DNA of 64,000 nucleotides from Alphaproteobacteria bacterium (GTDB lineage Bacteria > Pseudomonadota > Alphaproteobacteria > JAUHZY01): positions 743,607 to 807,606 of the forward strand of contig JAUHZY010000001.1 in NCBI GenBank assembly GCA_030425825.1, in the 5' to 3' direction. The translations under genes were made by a program, and so were the position numbers. Every line of letters begins with the position of its first letter. Position 1 is the stretch's first letter. This document shows positions 32,114 to 42,164 of this stretch, piece after piece. The notes below the pieces were generated by a model that saw nothing but the letters and a program-made list of their open reading frames with translations, was not told the DNA's origin and ran no database searches.

Positions 32114-33484
32114 ATGGACAACAAAACGAAACAAAAACTTGAGAACCTTTCTTTTGATTTGGAAATGGTAAAATCTATTAAAACATGGTTTCTAGATCAT
32201 GTCTTAACAGTCTCTACTTTTGTTGAGCTTGCATCCATACTTGTTGTTAGTGGCCTTACATTTTTTGCATCAAAATACTTGCTTCGCTTGTTGCAAGGCT
32301 ACTTCAGGCGGCGTAAAAATCAATGGATCCCTAAATCTGTCAAAGATATTATAGGACAGGTTTTTTACCCTGCTATCTTAGCCCTAACACTTGGGATCCT
32401 TTCTTTGGCCGCTGATGATTTTGGCTTGCCAAATCACTTTATTCGGACATTTGCCTACCTTGTTGGTGTTTGGAGCATTATCCGCACAAGCTCTGTGATT
32501 GTGAAAGACGCGATTCTTGCCCGCATCATTGCTGTGATTGCTTGGTTTGTTATGGCACTTCTGATTCTCGGCATCCAAGATGATACAGCAACGCTTCTCG
32601 ATCGTATCGCCTTTGATATCGGCGACGTGCATATTTCAGCTCTCAGCATCATTCGTGCTGGCTTTTCATTCGTTTTCATCTTGTGGCTTGCAATCAACCT
32701 CTCTCGCCTTGTTGAGAAAAAGCTTGATGAAATGCCAAACATTGATGCCTCTGTCAAAGTTCTATTTTCAAAACTTTTTAAAATTTTTGTTATCGCAGCC
32801 ACAATATGGGTCGCACTTAATATTGCAGGAATCGACATGACAGCATTGACTGTTTTTTCTGGTGCTGTTGGTGTTGGTCTTGGTTTTGGTTTGCAAAAGA
32901 TTTTCTCGAACTTTATCTCTGGACTTATTCTTCTCGTTGATAAATCAATCAAACCTGGAGACGTCGTCTCACTTGGTGGAGATGTTTACGGGTGGGTTAA
33001 CTCGCTAAGTGCGCGTTGTGTGTCTGTACTGACACGTGATGGTGAAGAACATCTTATTCCAAACGAAATTATGATTACAGATAAGGTGGTTAACTGGTCA
33101 TACACACATAAACGTGTTCGGTTAAGACTTCCCTTTGGTGTTTCTTACAACGCAGATATAAACCATGTGATTGATATTGTTCCTAAGTCTATTGAAGGAA
33201 TGGAACGAATTCTTAAGAACCCGACCCCTCTTTGTCTGATTACTGGATTTGGCGACAACTCAGTTGATTTGGAATTACGATTCTGGATCAATGATCCTGC
33301 ACGTGGCATTACCAATATTAAAGGAGATGTTTATCTTGCTCTTTGGAATACGCTGCAAGAACATAATATCGAGATTCCCTTCCCACAACGCGACCTGCAC
33401 TTGAAATCAACAAGCGGTGATGTAAAAGATGCCCTCAAAGAAATCGTGCGTGAGGTCATATCAGAAGAAAAGAAAAAGTCCTAA
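32114..33484 (+). CDS. Mechanosensitive ion channel (MscS family)
   Basis: Multiple N-terminal TM segments, followed by the MscS pore/beta domain (LILLVDKSIKPGDVVSLGG..GWVNSLSAR..VLTRDGEEHLIPN). Confidence 0.9.
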   Translation: MDNKTKQKLENLSFDLEMVKSIKTWFLDHVLTVSTFVELASILVVSGLTFFASKYLLRLLQGYFRRRKNQWIPKSVKDIIGQVFYPAILALTLGILSLAADDFGLPNHFIRTFAYLVGVWSIIRTSSVIVKDAILARIIAVIAWFVMALLILGIQDDTATLLDRIAFDIGDVHISALSIIRAGFSFVFILWLAINLSRLVEKKLDEMPNIDASVKVLFSKLFKIFVIAATIWVALNIAGIDMTALTVFSGAVGVGLGFGLQKIFSNFISGLILLVDKSIKPGDVVSLGGDVYGWVNSLSARCVSVLTRDGEEHLIPNEIMITDKVVNWSYTHKRVRLRLPFGVSYNADINHVIDIVPKSIEGMERILKNPTPLCLITGFGDNSVDLELRFWINDPARGITNIKGDVYLALWNTLQEHNIEIPFPQRDLHLKSTSGDVKDALKEIVREVISEEKKKS

Positions 33485-33487
33485 AGC

Positions 33488-34195
33488 TTATTTAGCTACA
33501 CCAACCAAAGCAGGCCTTAACAAGCGATCATGAAGCTTGTACCCTGTTTGCATGACTTGCATAATAACACCAGCATCATGCTCATCACTTGGCTGCTCGA
33601 ACATTGCTTGGTGGAAATTATAATCGTATTTGTCTTCACCAACCTTAGGGTCAATTTTCTCTATCTTGTTTTTCTCGAAAGTTGCAAGCAACTCTCTTTC
33701 TGTCATTTCAACGCCCTCTAAGAAGCTAGAAAAGCCTTCCAGCTTCCTTTGCTCATCTGTCACAGCATCAAGTGCGCGACGCAAGTTATCCGACACATTT
33801 AAAAGGTCTTTTGCAAAACTTGATACAGCATATTTTGCTGTATCTGACTTTTCTTTCTCAACACGACGACGTAAATTCTCGTTCTCTGCGGCAACACGTA
33901 AAGCCGTCTCTTTCATTTCAGCAAGCTTGGCTTCAAGCTGTTGCACTTCACTTTCAGGAGCATCTTCTTCAACAGCATCCTCATCTTCTTCCTGCATTTC
34001 TTCCATAAGCTCTTCAACATCATTTTCATTATTTTTTTTAGGTCTTGAATGATGAATATGCGTCGCTTGAAAAGCTTGTTCAGCTGAGTGAGTATCTGGC
34101 GTTGGATTTTCAGATTGCTCAGCTTGTGCTTGCAGCAATGGGTCATCAAAAGATGTCTCTTTATTTTGTTCTTGTGTGTTTTCACCTGATGTCAT
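33488..34195 (-). CDS. grpE: Nucleotide exchange factor GrpE
   Basis: Coiled-coil region plus the C-terminal GYKLHDRLLRPALVGV motif. Long acidic N-terminal tail. Confidence 0.95.
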   Translation of the reverse strand: MTSGENTQEQNKETSFDDPLLQAQAEQSENPTPDTHSAEQAFQATHIHHSRPKKNNENDVEELMEEMQEEDEDAVEEDAPESEVQQLEAKLAEMKETALRVAAENENLRRRVEKEKSDTAKYAVSSFAKDLLNVSDNLRRALDAVTDEQRKLEGFSSFLEGVEMTERELLATFEKNKIEKIDPKVGEDKYDYNFHQAMFEQPSDEHDAGVIMQVMQTGYKLHDRLLRPALVGVAK

Positions 34196-34249
34196 AGCTA
34201 AACTTCCTCTTAAAAGAATGAGAGTGATGATTTGAATATCTTAGATTGA

Positions 34250-34279
34250 AATATAGTCTCTCAAACAAATCCATACAAG
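34250..34279 (-). promoter_or_regulatory. Weak candidate sigma-32 (RpoH) promoter for grpE
   Basis: The minus strand reads CTTG-N19-CTATATT, about 55 nt upstream of the grpE ATG. The spacer is one nt longer than the alphaproteobacterial CTTG-N17/18-CYTATNT pattern. Confidence 0.3.
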
Positions 34280-34352
34280 AAGTAGGACTTTTATTTTTCA
34301 TTTTTTTTTTGTAATGTCCTTTAACAAACAACAAAACAAAGGGAAGAAACAC

Positions 34353-35087
34353 ATGACACAAAATATTTCTCGTCCATCAGGACGCCACTTTGACCAGTTA
34401 CGCGATATATCAATCGATCTGGGCTTTGCACCACAAGCAGAAGGCTCGTGCCTTATTAAATGCGGCGACACACATGTTTTATGTACAGCGTCTGTTGAAG
34501 AGCGCGTTCCTTCTTTTATGAGAGGACAAGGCAAAGGATGGGTGACAGCAGAGTATGGCATGCTACCACGCGCAACAGGGTCACGTACAAATCGTGAAGC
34601 CGCCCGCGGCAAGCAAGGTGGAAGAACTGTTGAAATTCAACGCCTTATTGGAAGATCACTACGAGCAGTTGTTGACTTAGAAGCGCTGGGCGAACGTCAA
34701 GTCATTGTTGATTGTGATGTTATTCGTGCAGATGGTGGCACACGCACAGCATCAATAACAGGCGCATATGTTGCGTTGTATCAAGCATTTCACGGCCTGG
34801 TTGAAAAAGAACTTATTGAAGCGATCCCTCTCTTAGATCAGGTTGCAGCAATTTCTTGCGGTATTTATGAAGATCAACCCGTCCTCGACTTAGATTATCC
34901 AGAAGACTCTAATGCAGGCGCCGATGCAAACTTTATTCTAACTGCAAAAGGAGGCATTGTCGAAATCCAAGGAACCGCTGAAGACAAACCTTTCAGCGAC
35001 GATGCTTTTCTAGATCTAATGAAGCTTGCACGAAAAGGAACGACAGAGCTTTTTGAAATACAAAACAATGCCTTGAAAGCTTTGTAA
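34353..35087 (+). CDS. rph: Ribonuclease PH
   Basis: [29 protein letters not shown] and [19 protein letters not shown]. The start is set at ATG 34353, which has a GGGAAG SD. Confidence 0.95.
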   Translation: MTQNISRPSGRHFDQLRDISIDLGFAPQAEGSCLIKCGDTHVLCTASVEERVPSFMRGQGKGWVTAEYGMLPRATGSRTNREAARGKQGGRTVEIQRLIGRSLRAVVDLEALGERQVIVDCDVIRADGGTRTASITGAYVALYQAFHGLVEKELIEAIPLLDQVAAISCGIYEDQPVLDLDYPEDSNAGADANFILTAKGGIVEIQGTAEDKPFSDDAFLDLMKLARKGTTELFEIQNNALKAL

Positions 35088-35152
35088 GCTTTGCTTTCCT
35101 TTGTAAAACAGTATTTATTTTGAAGAAATTATGATTTTTTTTAAGTTTCTCC

Positions 35153-35181
35153 CTTGCAGGGGTGGAAATAGATGCTTATAT
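35153..35181 (+). promoter_or_regulatory. Candidate sigma-32 (RpoH) promoter for dnaK-dnaJ
   Basis: CTTG (35153-56), an 18-nt spacer, then CTTATAT (35175-81). This matches the alphaproteobacterial heat-shock promoter pattern CTTG-N17/18-CYTATNT and lies ~70 nt upstream of the dnaK ATG. Confidence 0.5.
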
Positions 35182-35251
35182 CGACTTTAGAATATCCACA
35201 AAGACTATATGTGTATTTTTAAAAATGAATAAAAAGAAAGGTTTATGTAAA

Positions 35252-37195
35252 ATGAGTCACGTAATTGGTATTGATCTTGGGACAACAAATTCATGTATCG
35301 CAATCATGGATGGTAAAAACCCTAAAGTTATTGAAAATTCTGAAGGGGCAAGAACAACGCCTTCAATGGTTGCCTTTACTGAAGAAGGTGAGCGTTTGGT
35401 CGGACAGGCGGCAAAGCGCCAATCTGTGACAAACCCTGAAAATACACTTTATGCTGTTAAGCGTCTTATGGGCCGACGCTTTGAAGATAAAATTGTGAAA
35501 GAAGAAGCAGAAGCTGCACCTTTTAAAATCACAAAAGGTAAAAATGGCGATGCATGGGTAAGTGCGCGTGGCAAAGATTACAGCCCAAGTGAAATTAGTG
35601 CTTTCATCCTTCAAAAAATGAAAGAAACTGCTGAAAGCTATCTTGGTGGACCTGTTACACAAGCTGTTATCACTGTACCTGCCTACTTTAATGACTCACA
35701 ACGTCAAGCAACAAAAGATGCTGGTAAAATCGCAGGCCTAGAAGTTCTGCGTATTATCAACGAACCAACGGCCGCTGCGCTAGCGTATGGGCTGGACAAA
35801 AAAGAAGCTGGCACCGTTGTTGTCTATGACCTTGGAGGCGGAACATTTGACGTCTCTATCCTTGAAATTGGTGATGGCGTTTTCGAAGTTAAAGCAACCA
35901 ACGGTGATACATTCCTAGGTGGTGAAGACTTTGACAAACGTATTATCGAATACCTTGCCGATGAATTTGAAAAAGAAAATGGTATGGATCTTCGTAAAGA
36001 CCCTCTTGCCATGCAACGCTTAAAAGAAGCTGCAGAAAAAGCAAAAATTGAACTTTCAAGCTCTATGCAAACAGAAATCAACTTGCCTTACATTACGGCT
36101 GATCAATCAGGCCCAAAACACTTGTCTGTTAAAATGAGTCGTTCGAAGCTTGAAACATTGGTTGAAGATCTTATCAAGCGTACAATGGACCCTTGTAAAA
36201 AAGCCCTGAAAGATGCTGGCCTAAAAGCTTCTGATATTGACGAAGTCATTTTGGTTGGTGGTCAGATTCGCATGCCTAAAATTGCAGAGTCTGTTCAAGA
36301 GTTTTTCGGTAAAGAGCCTCATCGCGGTGTTAACCCAGATGAAGTTGTTGCTGTTGGTGCTGCGATCCAAGCTGGTGTTCTTAAAGGTGATGTTAAAGAC
36401 GTTCTTCTTCTAGATGTGACGCCTCTATCACTCGGAATTGAGACTTTAGGCGGTGTTTTCACACCTCTTATTGAGCGCAACACAACGATCCCAACAAAGA
36501 AGAGTCAAGTTTTCTCAACAGCTGAAGATAATCAAGCGGCGGTGACCATTCGCGTTTGCCAAGGTGAGCGCCAAATGGCTTCAGATAACAAGCTTCTTGG
36601 TGAGTTTAACCTAGAAGGTATTCCACCTTCTCAGCGCGGCATGCCACAAATTGAAGTTACTTTCGATATTGACGCGAACGGTATTGTGAACGTTAGCGCA
36701 AAAGACAAAGCAACAGGCAAAGAGCAAACAATCAGCATTCAAGCTTCTGGTGGACTTGAAGACACAGACATTGAACGCATGGTTAAGGAAGCAGAAGAGC
36801 ACGCAGAAGAAGATAAGAAGCGTCGCGATGCCATCGAGACAAGAAACCAAGCTGATGGCCTTCTTCACTCTACACAAAAATCTTTGGATGAGCACGGAAG
36901 CGCCCTTTCAGATGAAGAAAAAACTAAAATCGAAGAAGACTTATCTGCACTGAAAGAGCTTCTAGAAAATGAAGAAGCAGATACTGCAGACATCAAAGAA
37001 AAATCTGATCAGCTAATGCAGTCAGCGATGAAACTTGGTGAGGCCATGTATAAGGCCGCGCAAGAAGAAGCTGGAGAAGATGGTGAAACATCTGAAAAAG
37101 CTGACGAAAAAGTTGTAGATGCTGACTTTGAAGAAATCAATGAAGATGAGTCGAATGATGATGACGAAGCTTCAAATGAGAAAAAATCTGCATAA
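35252..37195 (+). CDS. dnaK: Chaperone DnaK (Hsp70)
   Basis: [22 protein letters not shown], and an acidic C-terminal tail. The track ORF start at 35162 is an upstream in-frame extension. Confidence 0.98.
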   Translation: MSHVIGIDLGTTNSCIAIMDGKNPKVIENSEGARTTPSMVAFTEEGERLVGQAAKRQSVTNPENTLYAVKRLMGRRFEDKIVKEEAEAAPFKITKGKNGDAWVSARGKDYSPSEISAFILQKMKETAESYLGGPVTQAVITVPAYFNDSQRQATKDAGKIAGLEVLRIINEPTAAALAYGLDKKEAGTVVVYDLGGGTFDVSILEIGDGVFEVKATNGDTFLGGEDFDKRIIEYLADEFEKENGMDLRKDPLAMQRLKEAAEKAKIELSSSMQTEINLPYITADQSGPKHLSVKMSRSKLETLVEDLIKRTMDPCKKALKDAGLKASDIDEVILVGGQIRMPKIAESVQEFFGKEPHRGVNPDEVVAVGAAIQAGVLKGDVKDVLLLDVTPLSLGIETLGGVFTPLIERNTTIPTKKSQVFSTAEDNQAAVTIRVCQGERQMASDNKLLGEFNLEGIPPSQRGMPQIEVTFDIDANGIVNVSAKDKATGKEQTISIQASGGLEDTDIERMVKEAEEHAEEDKKRRDAIETRNQADGLLHSTQKSLDEHGSALSDEEKTKIEEDLSALKELLENEEADTADIKEKSDQLMQSAMKLGEAMYKAAQEEAGEDGETSEKADEKVVDADFEEINEDESNDDDEASNEKKSA

Positions 37196-37206
37196 ACATA
37201 AATCGC

Positions 37207-37247
37207 CCCTCTTGCGCCTTCCCTATTGCGCAAGAGGGTCTTTTCTT
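37207..37247 (+). terminator. Intrinsic terminator/attenuator hairpin between dnaK and dnaJ
   Basis: A perfect 11-bp stem, CCCTCTTGCGC (37207-17) with GCGCAAGAGGG (37228-38), a 10-nt loop, then TCTTTTCTT. Confidence 0.6.
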
Positions 37248-37261
37248 GGAAGTAACTTCTG

Positions 37262-38398
37262 ATGTCCGATAAAAAAGACTACTATGAATCACTAGGCGTT
37301 GATAAATCTGCCTCTGCCGATGAACTTAAAAAAGCGTATCGCAAAAAGGCCATGGAATATCACCCAGACCGCAATCCTGACAATCCAGAAGCTGAACAAA
37401 AATTCAAAGAAATAAATGAAGCTTATGACATCTTAAAAGACGAAAACAAACGCGCAGCTTATGACCGCATGGGACACGCTGCATTCCAGCAAGGTGGTGG
37501 TGGTGCAGGACCATCTGACTTTGGTGGTTTTTCTGATATTTTCAGCGAAGTTTTTGGCGACTTTATGAACAATGGCGGCGGACGCGGCTCAAGACGCAGT
37601 AACTTTGCACAACGTGGATCAGACTTGCGCTATAACATGAGCATCACACTGGAAGAAGCCTTCCATGGAAAAGAAGCAAAAATAAATATACCAACCTATG
37701 ATGGTTGTGAGCCATGCGATGGATCTGGTTCTGAACCTGGATCTGGACCAACAACATGTGAAACATGTGGTGGCCATGGAAATGTCCGCATGCAGCAAGG
37801 TTTCTTTACAATTGAAAGGTCATGCCCTGACTGTAATGGTTCTGGCGCAATGATTAAAAACCCTTGTAAAGAATGTAATGGTGCTGGACGCATTGAAAAA
37901 TCAAAAAAAGTCTCTATCAAAATCCCCGCCGGTGTAGATGATGGCACACGTATTCGCCTCAGCGGCGAAGGCGAAGCTGGCACACGCGGTGGTGGGCGTG
38001 GTGACTTATACCTTTTTGTCTCAGTCAAGCAACATGAAATTTTTTATCGAGATCAAAATGATATTCACTGCAAAGTGCCTATTCCCATGACAAAGGCGGC
38101 ACTTGGCGGATCTGTCGAAGTTCCAAGTATTGATGGTAAAAAAGTAAAATTAACTGTTCCAGCAGGCACGCAACATGACAACCAACTTCGTATACGGGGC
38201 AAAGGCATGTCTATTATGCGCAAATCTTCGCGTGGCGATATGATTGTCCATATGGATATTGAGGTTCCAACAAGTCTAAGCAAAGACCAACAACAACTCC
38301 TTAAAGACTTAGATGAATCGCTAGGTGAAAAAAACTGCCCAAATCATGAAAGCTTTGGCGACAAAGTTAAAAAGTTCTGGAAAGACTTAACCGATTAG
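37262..38398 (+). CDS. dnaJ: Co-chaperone DnaJ
   Basis: J domain with HPDRN, a G/F-rich region, and four CxxCxGxG zinc-finger repeats. Confidence 0.97.
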   Translation: MSDKKDYYESLGVDKSASADELKKAYRKKAMEYHPDRNPDNPEAEQKFKEINEAYDILKDENKRAAYDRMGHAAFQQGGGGAGPSDFGGFSDIFSEVFGDFMNNGGGRGSRRSNFAQRGSDLRYNMSITLEEAFHGKEAKINIPTYDGCEPCDGSGSEPGSGPTTCETCGGHGNVRMQQGFFTIERSCPDCNGSGAMIKNPCKECNGAGRIEKSKKVSIKIPAGVDDGTRIRLSGEGEAGTRGGGRGDLYLFVSVKQHEIFYRDQNDIHCKVPIPMTKAALGGSVEVPSIDGKKVKLTVPAGTQHDNQLRIRGKGMSIMRKSSRGDMIVHMDIEVPTSLSKDQQQLLKDLDESLGEKNCPNHESFGDKVKKFWKDLTD

Positions 38399-38441
38399 TT
38401 TGCTTTACTTGCACAAAGTGCTCTTATATCAACAAGACTTT

Positions 38442-39674
38442 CTAAATATTATCAGCGCTGCCACTTTCATCAGATTTTAATTTATCTAATGCTTTGCCAA
38501 CAATCTTTGTTTCATGCCCAGCGCCCATTTTTCTTAAATACTCTTTGCGTACATCTTTCGCTGCCTCATCATAAAAGAAAGCTAACAAGCAGAAACGGTC
38601 CCCACTTGTAACAGGCATCGCCTCATGTAAAACAGAACACCCAAAAATAACAGCATCGCCTGTTCCTGGCTTATAAAGATGATGCTTCCCATACTCTGCA
38701 AATTTTAAATGCCCACCCTCATACTCTTCAGCGTTTAGGTTAATTGTCATTGCAAAGCGTCGGTGCGCAGTTCCTGGATTTTGGTTATCGCGGTGCTGCC
38801 TGAAAAAGCCTTTATCATCACCACGATAGCATGCAATTTTATAATCTTCGATACGTGTGATATCGAAACAGAAAGCCTTTTTAACTTCTGGCACGACACG
38901 TTTTTTAATAATATTACTCAATTGTGTTTTTAAAGGCCCACGCTTCATAAAATGATCTTCACGGCGCTTACGACCGTAATCTATATACCCAACAAGCTTT
39001 CCATTCTCATCTGAACGCATACTGCCTGATTCGCCATGCCCACCATACTTCCAAAGATTAATAACTTGCTGGCATGTATTTTGGTCCAGCACACGTGGAA
39101 TCAACAAAACAGGCGCTTGTGACTTAATTTGTTGTGAAAGCTCTTGCGGACAGTAACGGATCACATCACACAAGCTTTTCCAAATCTGGTCTTCTAAAAT
39201 ACTGTCTGTAAAATAAGACAAAATGCGATTATTCACATCCAAAACAAAACTTACAACTGTGTGAGAAGCATATTGATTGTTTGTTTTAAAGAAATCTTCA
39301 CGCGCTTTATCTTTTGGGTCAAATAAAAGAGAAATTGCATCACTCTTTATCTCTTTACATAAGTCTTTATATATTTTCTCTTTTCCTGAATAAACAATCA
39401 GGATTTTTGTACCAAATTCAGCAAAACGACCCTCATAGGCACGTAACGTACGCAGAAATGAAAACGACTTTTCATCATTATGAAGAGGCAAAAAGGAAAT
39501 CAAAACAGGCTTCCCAGCATATGGTCGCGGCCCTTCTTTGACGCCCAATTGGTCATTATAACCAAAAGGCGGAACAGGGTCCCCAGGAACCAGCTTTAGA
39601 TTACGGTCAGGGTATAAAAAGCTAACTTCTGCAAGCTTTTCTAAATTCGGCGGCGTATTTTTAACTGCACTCAT
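38442..39674 (-). CDS. Fusion protein: N-terminal redoxin/AhpC-TSA-like domain (no peroxidatic Cys seen) + C-terminal 2OG-Fe(II) oxygenase (prolyl-hydroxylase-like)
   Basis: C-terminus: FRQHRDNQ (HxD), RRFAMTINLN..YEGGHLKF, VIFGCSVLHEAMPVTSGDRFCLLAFF (distal His plus Arg). N-terminus: GKPVLISFLPLHNDEKS in a thioredoxin-fold-like context. Confidence 0.65.
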   Translation of the reverse strand: MSAVKNTPPNLEKLAEVSFLYPDRNLKLVPGDPVPPFGYNDQLGVKEGPRPYAGKPVLISFLPLHNDEKSFSFLRTLRAYEGRFAEFGTKILIVYSGKEKIYKDLCKEIKSDAISLLFDPKDKAREDFFKTNNQYASHTVVSFVLDVNNRILSYFTDSILEDQIWKSLCDVIRYCPQELSQQIKSQAPVLLIPRVLDQNTCQQVINLWKYGGHGESGSMRSDENGKLVGYIDYGRKRREDHFMKRGPLKTQLSNIIKKRVVPEVKKAFCFDITRIEDYKIACYRGDDKGFFRQHRDNQNPGTAHRRFAMTINLNAEEYEGGHLKFAEYGKHHLYKPGTGDAVIFGCSVLHEAMPVTSGDRFCLLAFFYDEAAKDVRKEYLRKMGAGHETKIVGKALDKLKSDESGSADNI

Positions 39675-39814
39675 TACTTATGTCCCTTATTCATTTAGAG
39701 CACAATCCTAATACCCTACAAAAATAGGGTCAACTGCAAAAAAGTATTTGATTCCCAATAGGATAAGCGATAGAAACGCGAAGAATAAAAAACAACTTTA
39801 CGTGGAGAAACAAA

Positions 39815-40888
39815 ATGAACCCAAGATTGCGCCTTTTAGCGCTTTTAATTCCAGGCTTTGCAATTCTTACACAGTCTTGTGAGAAGCCAACAGAGCGCGA
39901 CCTTCTTCAAAAAGCCGTCAATGATATTTATGCCAACATGTCTGATGCAGGCAAAAAAGGCATTAACCAATGGGATTCAATTTATCAAGTTGCTCGTGAC
40001 AGTAATCATACACTTGGCGCAGCCAGAGGTGAGCTTCAACAAAAAATAGGTGATGGCCCCTACCCGAAACTTGACTCCCTTGAAGAGCTTAAAGATTCTG
40101 TTGAATACATCGCAGGCTTTAGTCAAAATTATGAAAGAGCAAGCAATGTTGTCGACAGCATTAAAAGCGGCAACACAAACTATGAAAAACTTGCAACAGA
40201 CCTTGAAAAAATTGACTTTTCTGGCGAAGATGAAAAACGTGCACGTTACTGGAACGCAGATCGTTCACAAAACAGGTTTGAAGCAGAGCTACGTGATGGC
40301 ACGCCAAGCGCTGGATTCTGGGAAGAAACACTCAAAGCACAATTTACTTTCTCAGATTACGTTGAAGGTCTTTACGATATGATCAATGAGCTAAGAGACC
40401 CAAAAACAGATGATACACGCAAAGCACAGCTTGAAAGCGATCTTAAAGCTTACGTGCAGCAAGACATTCCTGCTATTCCCGTTCAAGCTTCAAGAGATCA
40501 GCTGATTGAAGGCTGGAAAGCTTTGAACGCGCAAGTCAAAGCCATACAAGCCGCAGACAAAGATGCGCTTTACAAGTTGAACCGTACCAAAGATGGTCAG
40601 GAATACATTATGAAAGTCGCGGGATTAAATGCCCTTGTCTTGAAAACAATCACTCTTCTTGATGCAGGTTACGACACAACAGAAATCAAGAAGCTTGGCG
40701 GATTCCTTCAAGGTTACGCGAACGACGCGAAAAGACGTCAGCAAAGATATGTTGGAAATACAGATTATAAAAAGTTTGGCCCTGCACTTAAAGATGCAGT
40801 TGAACAGCTAAATCAAGTTTCACGACGCGTTGGTGGGTTTGACATCCCTGAAGGCGCTAAGGTGTTTGACCAGCCAGTACGCTACTAA
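39815..40888 (+). CDS. Hypothetical lipoprotein
   Basis: Signal peptide with a lipobox (LLALLIPGFAILTQS-C). GGAGA SD. Predicted helical, with no recognisable domain. The 3' end overlaps the bioA 3' end by 32 nt. Confidence 0.6.
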   Translation: MNPRLRLLALLIPGFAILTQSCEKPTERDLLQKAVNDIYANMSDAGKKGINQWDSIYQVARDSNHTLGAARGELQQKIGDGPYPKLDSLEELKDSVEYIAGFSQNYERASNVVDSIKSGNTNYEKLATDLEKIDFSGEDEKRARYWNADRSQNRFEAELRDGTPSAGFWEETLKAQFTFSDYVEGLYDMINELRDPKTDDTRKAQLESDLKAYVQQDIPAIPVQASRDQLIEGWKALNAQVKAIQAADKDALYKLNRTKDGQEYIMKVAGLNALVLKTITLLDAGYDTTEIKKLGGFLQGYANDAKRRQQRYVGNTDYKKFGPALKDAVEQLNQVSRRVGGFDIPEGAKVFDQPVRY

Positions 40889-42164
40889 TCACATTATAAG
40901 CTGATTCTAATTCTTCTGCTGTCACACAGTAAGGCGGCAGAAGATAAATCACATTCCCTAACGGCCTGATAACAAACCCTTTTTTAAGAAACTGAAATTT
41001 AAGTTTCTTTGCGACTGAAGATGTATACCCTTCATCATCGACTTTGACATTCATGGCCAAAACCGTTCCTTGAACACGTAAATTTTCTAGCCTTTCATTG
41101 GATTGAAACCCGATAAGCGCTTTGCGGTGTGACGCTTCAATCCTAGCAATTTTCTCAAAAGTATTTTCCTCCTCAAACACCTCCAAAGACGCCAGTGCCG
41201 CAGCACAGCCCAATGGGTTCGCTGTATAACTGTGGCCATGGACAAAAGCACGATCAAATGAATCGCCTAAGAAAGCCTCAAAAATTTCCTCACTTGCGAT
41301 TGTCACAGACATCGGCATAAACCCTCCAGTTAACCCCTTTGATAAACAAACCAGATCAGGCGTAATGTCACTATTCTGATGTGCAAACATCAGTCCAGAC
41401 CGCCCAAACCCTGTCATTATTTCATCTAATATCAATAATATACCGCTTGTTTTTAACTCTTTTTCTAGTTTTTTCAAAAAGCCTGGACGACACATGCGCA
41501 TACCTCCAGCACCTTGAATAAGAGGCTCCATAATCAGGGCTGCGACTTGCCCCTCATTGTCTTTGATAACCTGACGAAGCGTCACCAATGCAGCCTCTTC
41601 TTTTTCTTCAACGCCATCGTCTCCTTCCCATGTTTCAGGGTATGGAATTGTCTCGACACCAAACTGTAACTCTTCCCAAGCTTTAAAAAAACCAGAGCCT
41701 TTTCCAACGGACATCGCACCAAATGTATCGCCGTGATATCCACCTTCGAAAGAAATGAACTTCGTCCGTCCGTGCTCTCCTGTGTTCTGCCAATACTGAA
41801 CGGCCAGCTTCAGCGCAACCTCCACAGCAGTTGATCCATTATCTGAGAAAAACACACGATTGAGAGAACCAGGTAATAAATCAGTCAAACGTTTCGAGAG
41901 CGTTGCCGCTGGACTATGTGTAAAGTCTGCAAAGATCACTTGCTCCAAGGTCTCTGCCTGGGTTGCGATGGCTTTTGCGATTTTGGGATGACAGTGCCCA
42001 TGCAGTGTCACCCACCAAGATGAAATCATATCGAGATACGCTTTTCCCTCTTCATCATAAAGATATGCCCCTTTAGCACGCACAATCGCGATTGGGTCCA
42101 ATGCCCCTTTGACTTGGGTAAAGGGATGCCATATATGTTGTTTATCTAATGTGAGAGTTTTCAT
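40857..42164 (-). CDS. bioA: Adenosylmethionine-8-amino-7-oxononanoate aminotransferase
   Basis: HIWHPFTQ, DMISSWWVTLHGHCHP, class-III aminotransferase core. The start is either ATG 42164 (fits the E. coli BioA N-terminus) or GTG 42203. Confidence 0.88.
   Translation of the reverse strand: MKTLTLDKQHIWHPFTQVKGALDPIAIVRAKGAYLYDEEGKAYLDMISSWWVTLHGHCHPKIAKAIATQAETLEQVIFADFTHSPAATLSKRLTDLLPGSLNRVFFSDNGSTAVEVALKLAVQYWQNTGEHGRTKFISFEGGYHGDTFGAMSVGKGSGFFKAWEELQFGVETIPYPETWEGDDGVEEKEEAALVTLRQVIKDNEGQVAALIMEPLIQGAGGMRMCRPGFLKKLEKELKTSGILLILDEIMTGFGRSGLMFAHQNSDITPDLVCLSKGLTGGFMPMSVTIASEEIFEAFLGDSFDRAFVHGHSYTANPLGCAAALASLEVFEEENTFEKIARIEASHRKALIGFQSNERLENLRVQGTVLAMNVKVDDEGYTSSVAKKLKFQFLKKGFVIRPLGNVIYLLPPYCVTAEELESAYNVISSVLAGQTP

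Noticed and set aside
33630-34052. Several long plus-strand ORFs inside grpE (for example, the 140-aa Ser-rich ORF), and similar antisense ORFs inside hscA, dnaK, pyrG, addA, recG, metG and others.
   Set aside because: They are antisense shadows of strongly supported genes. Their composition is low-complexity, and they have no SD and no motifs.
34298-34612. A 104-aa minus-strand ORF overlapping the rph 5' region.
   Set aside because: It is antisense to a clear RNase PH gene and contains no recognisable domain. The 157-bp grpE-rph spacer is better explained as a divergent promoter region.
35162-35251. A 30-aa N-terminal extension of DnaK (track start 35162, a GTG codon) and similar upstream extensions of iscS, pgk, addB, tsaE, rph, trpB, ispG and the kinase-like ORF.
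   Set aside because: Conserved N-termini of these families begin at the internal ATG, which usually has a better SD. For dnaK, the extension would also cover the sigma-32 promoter candidate.
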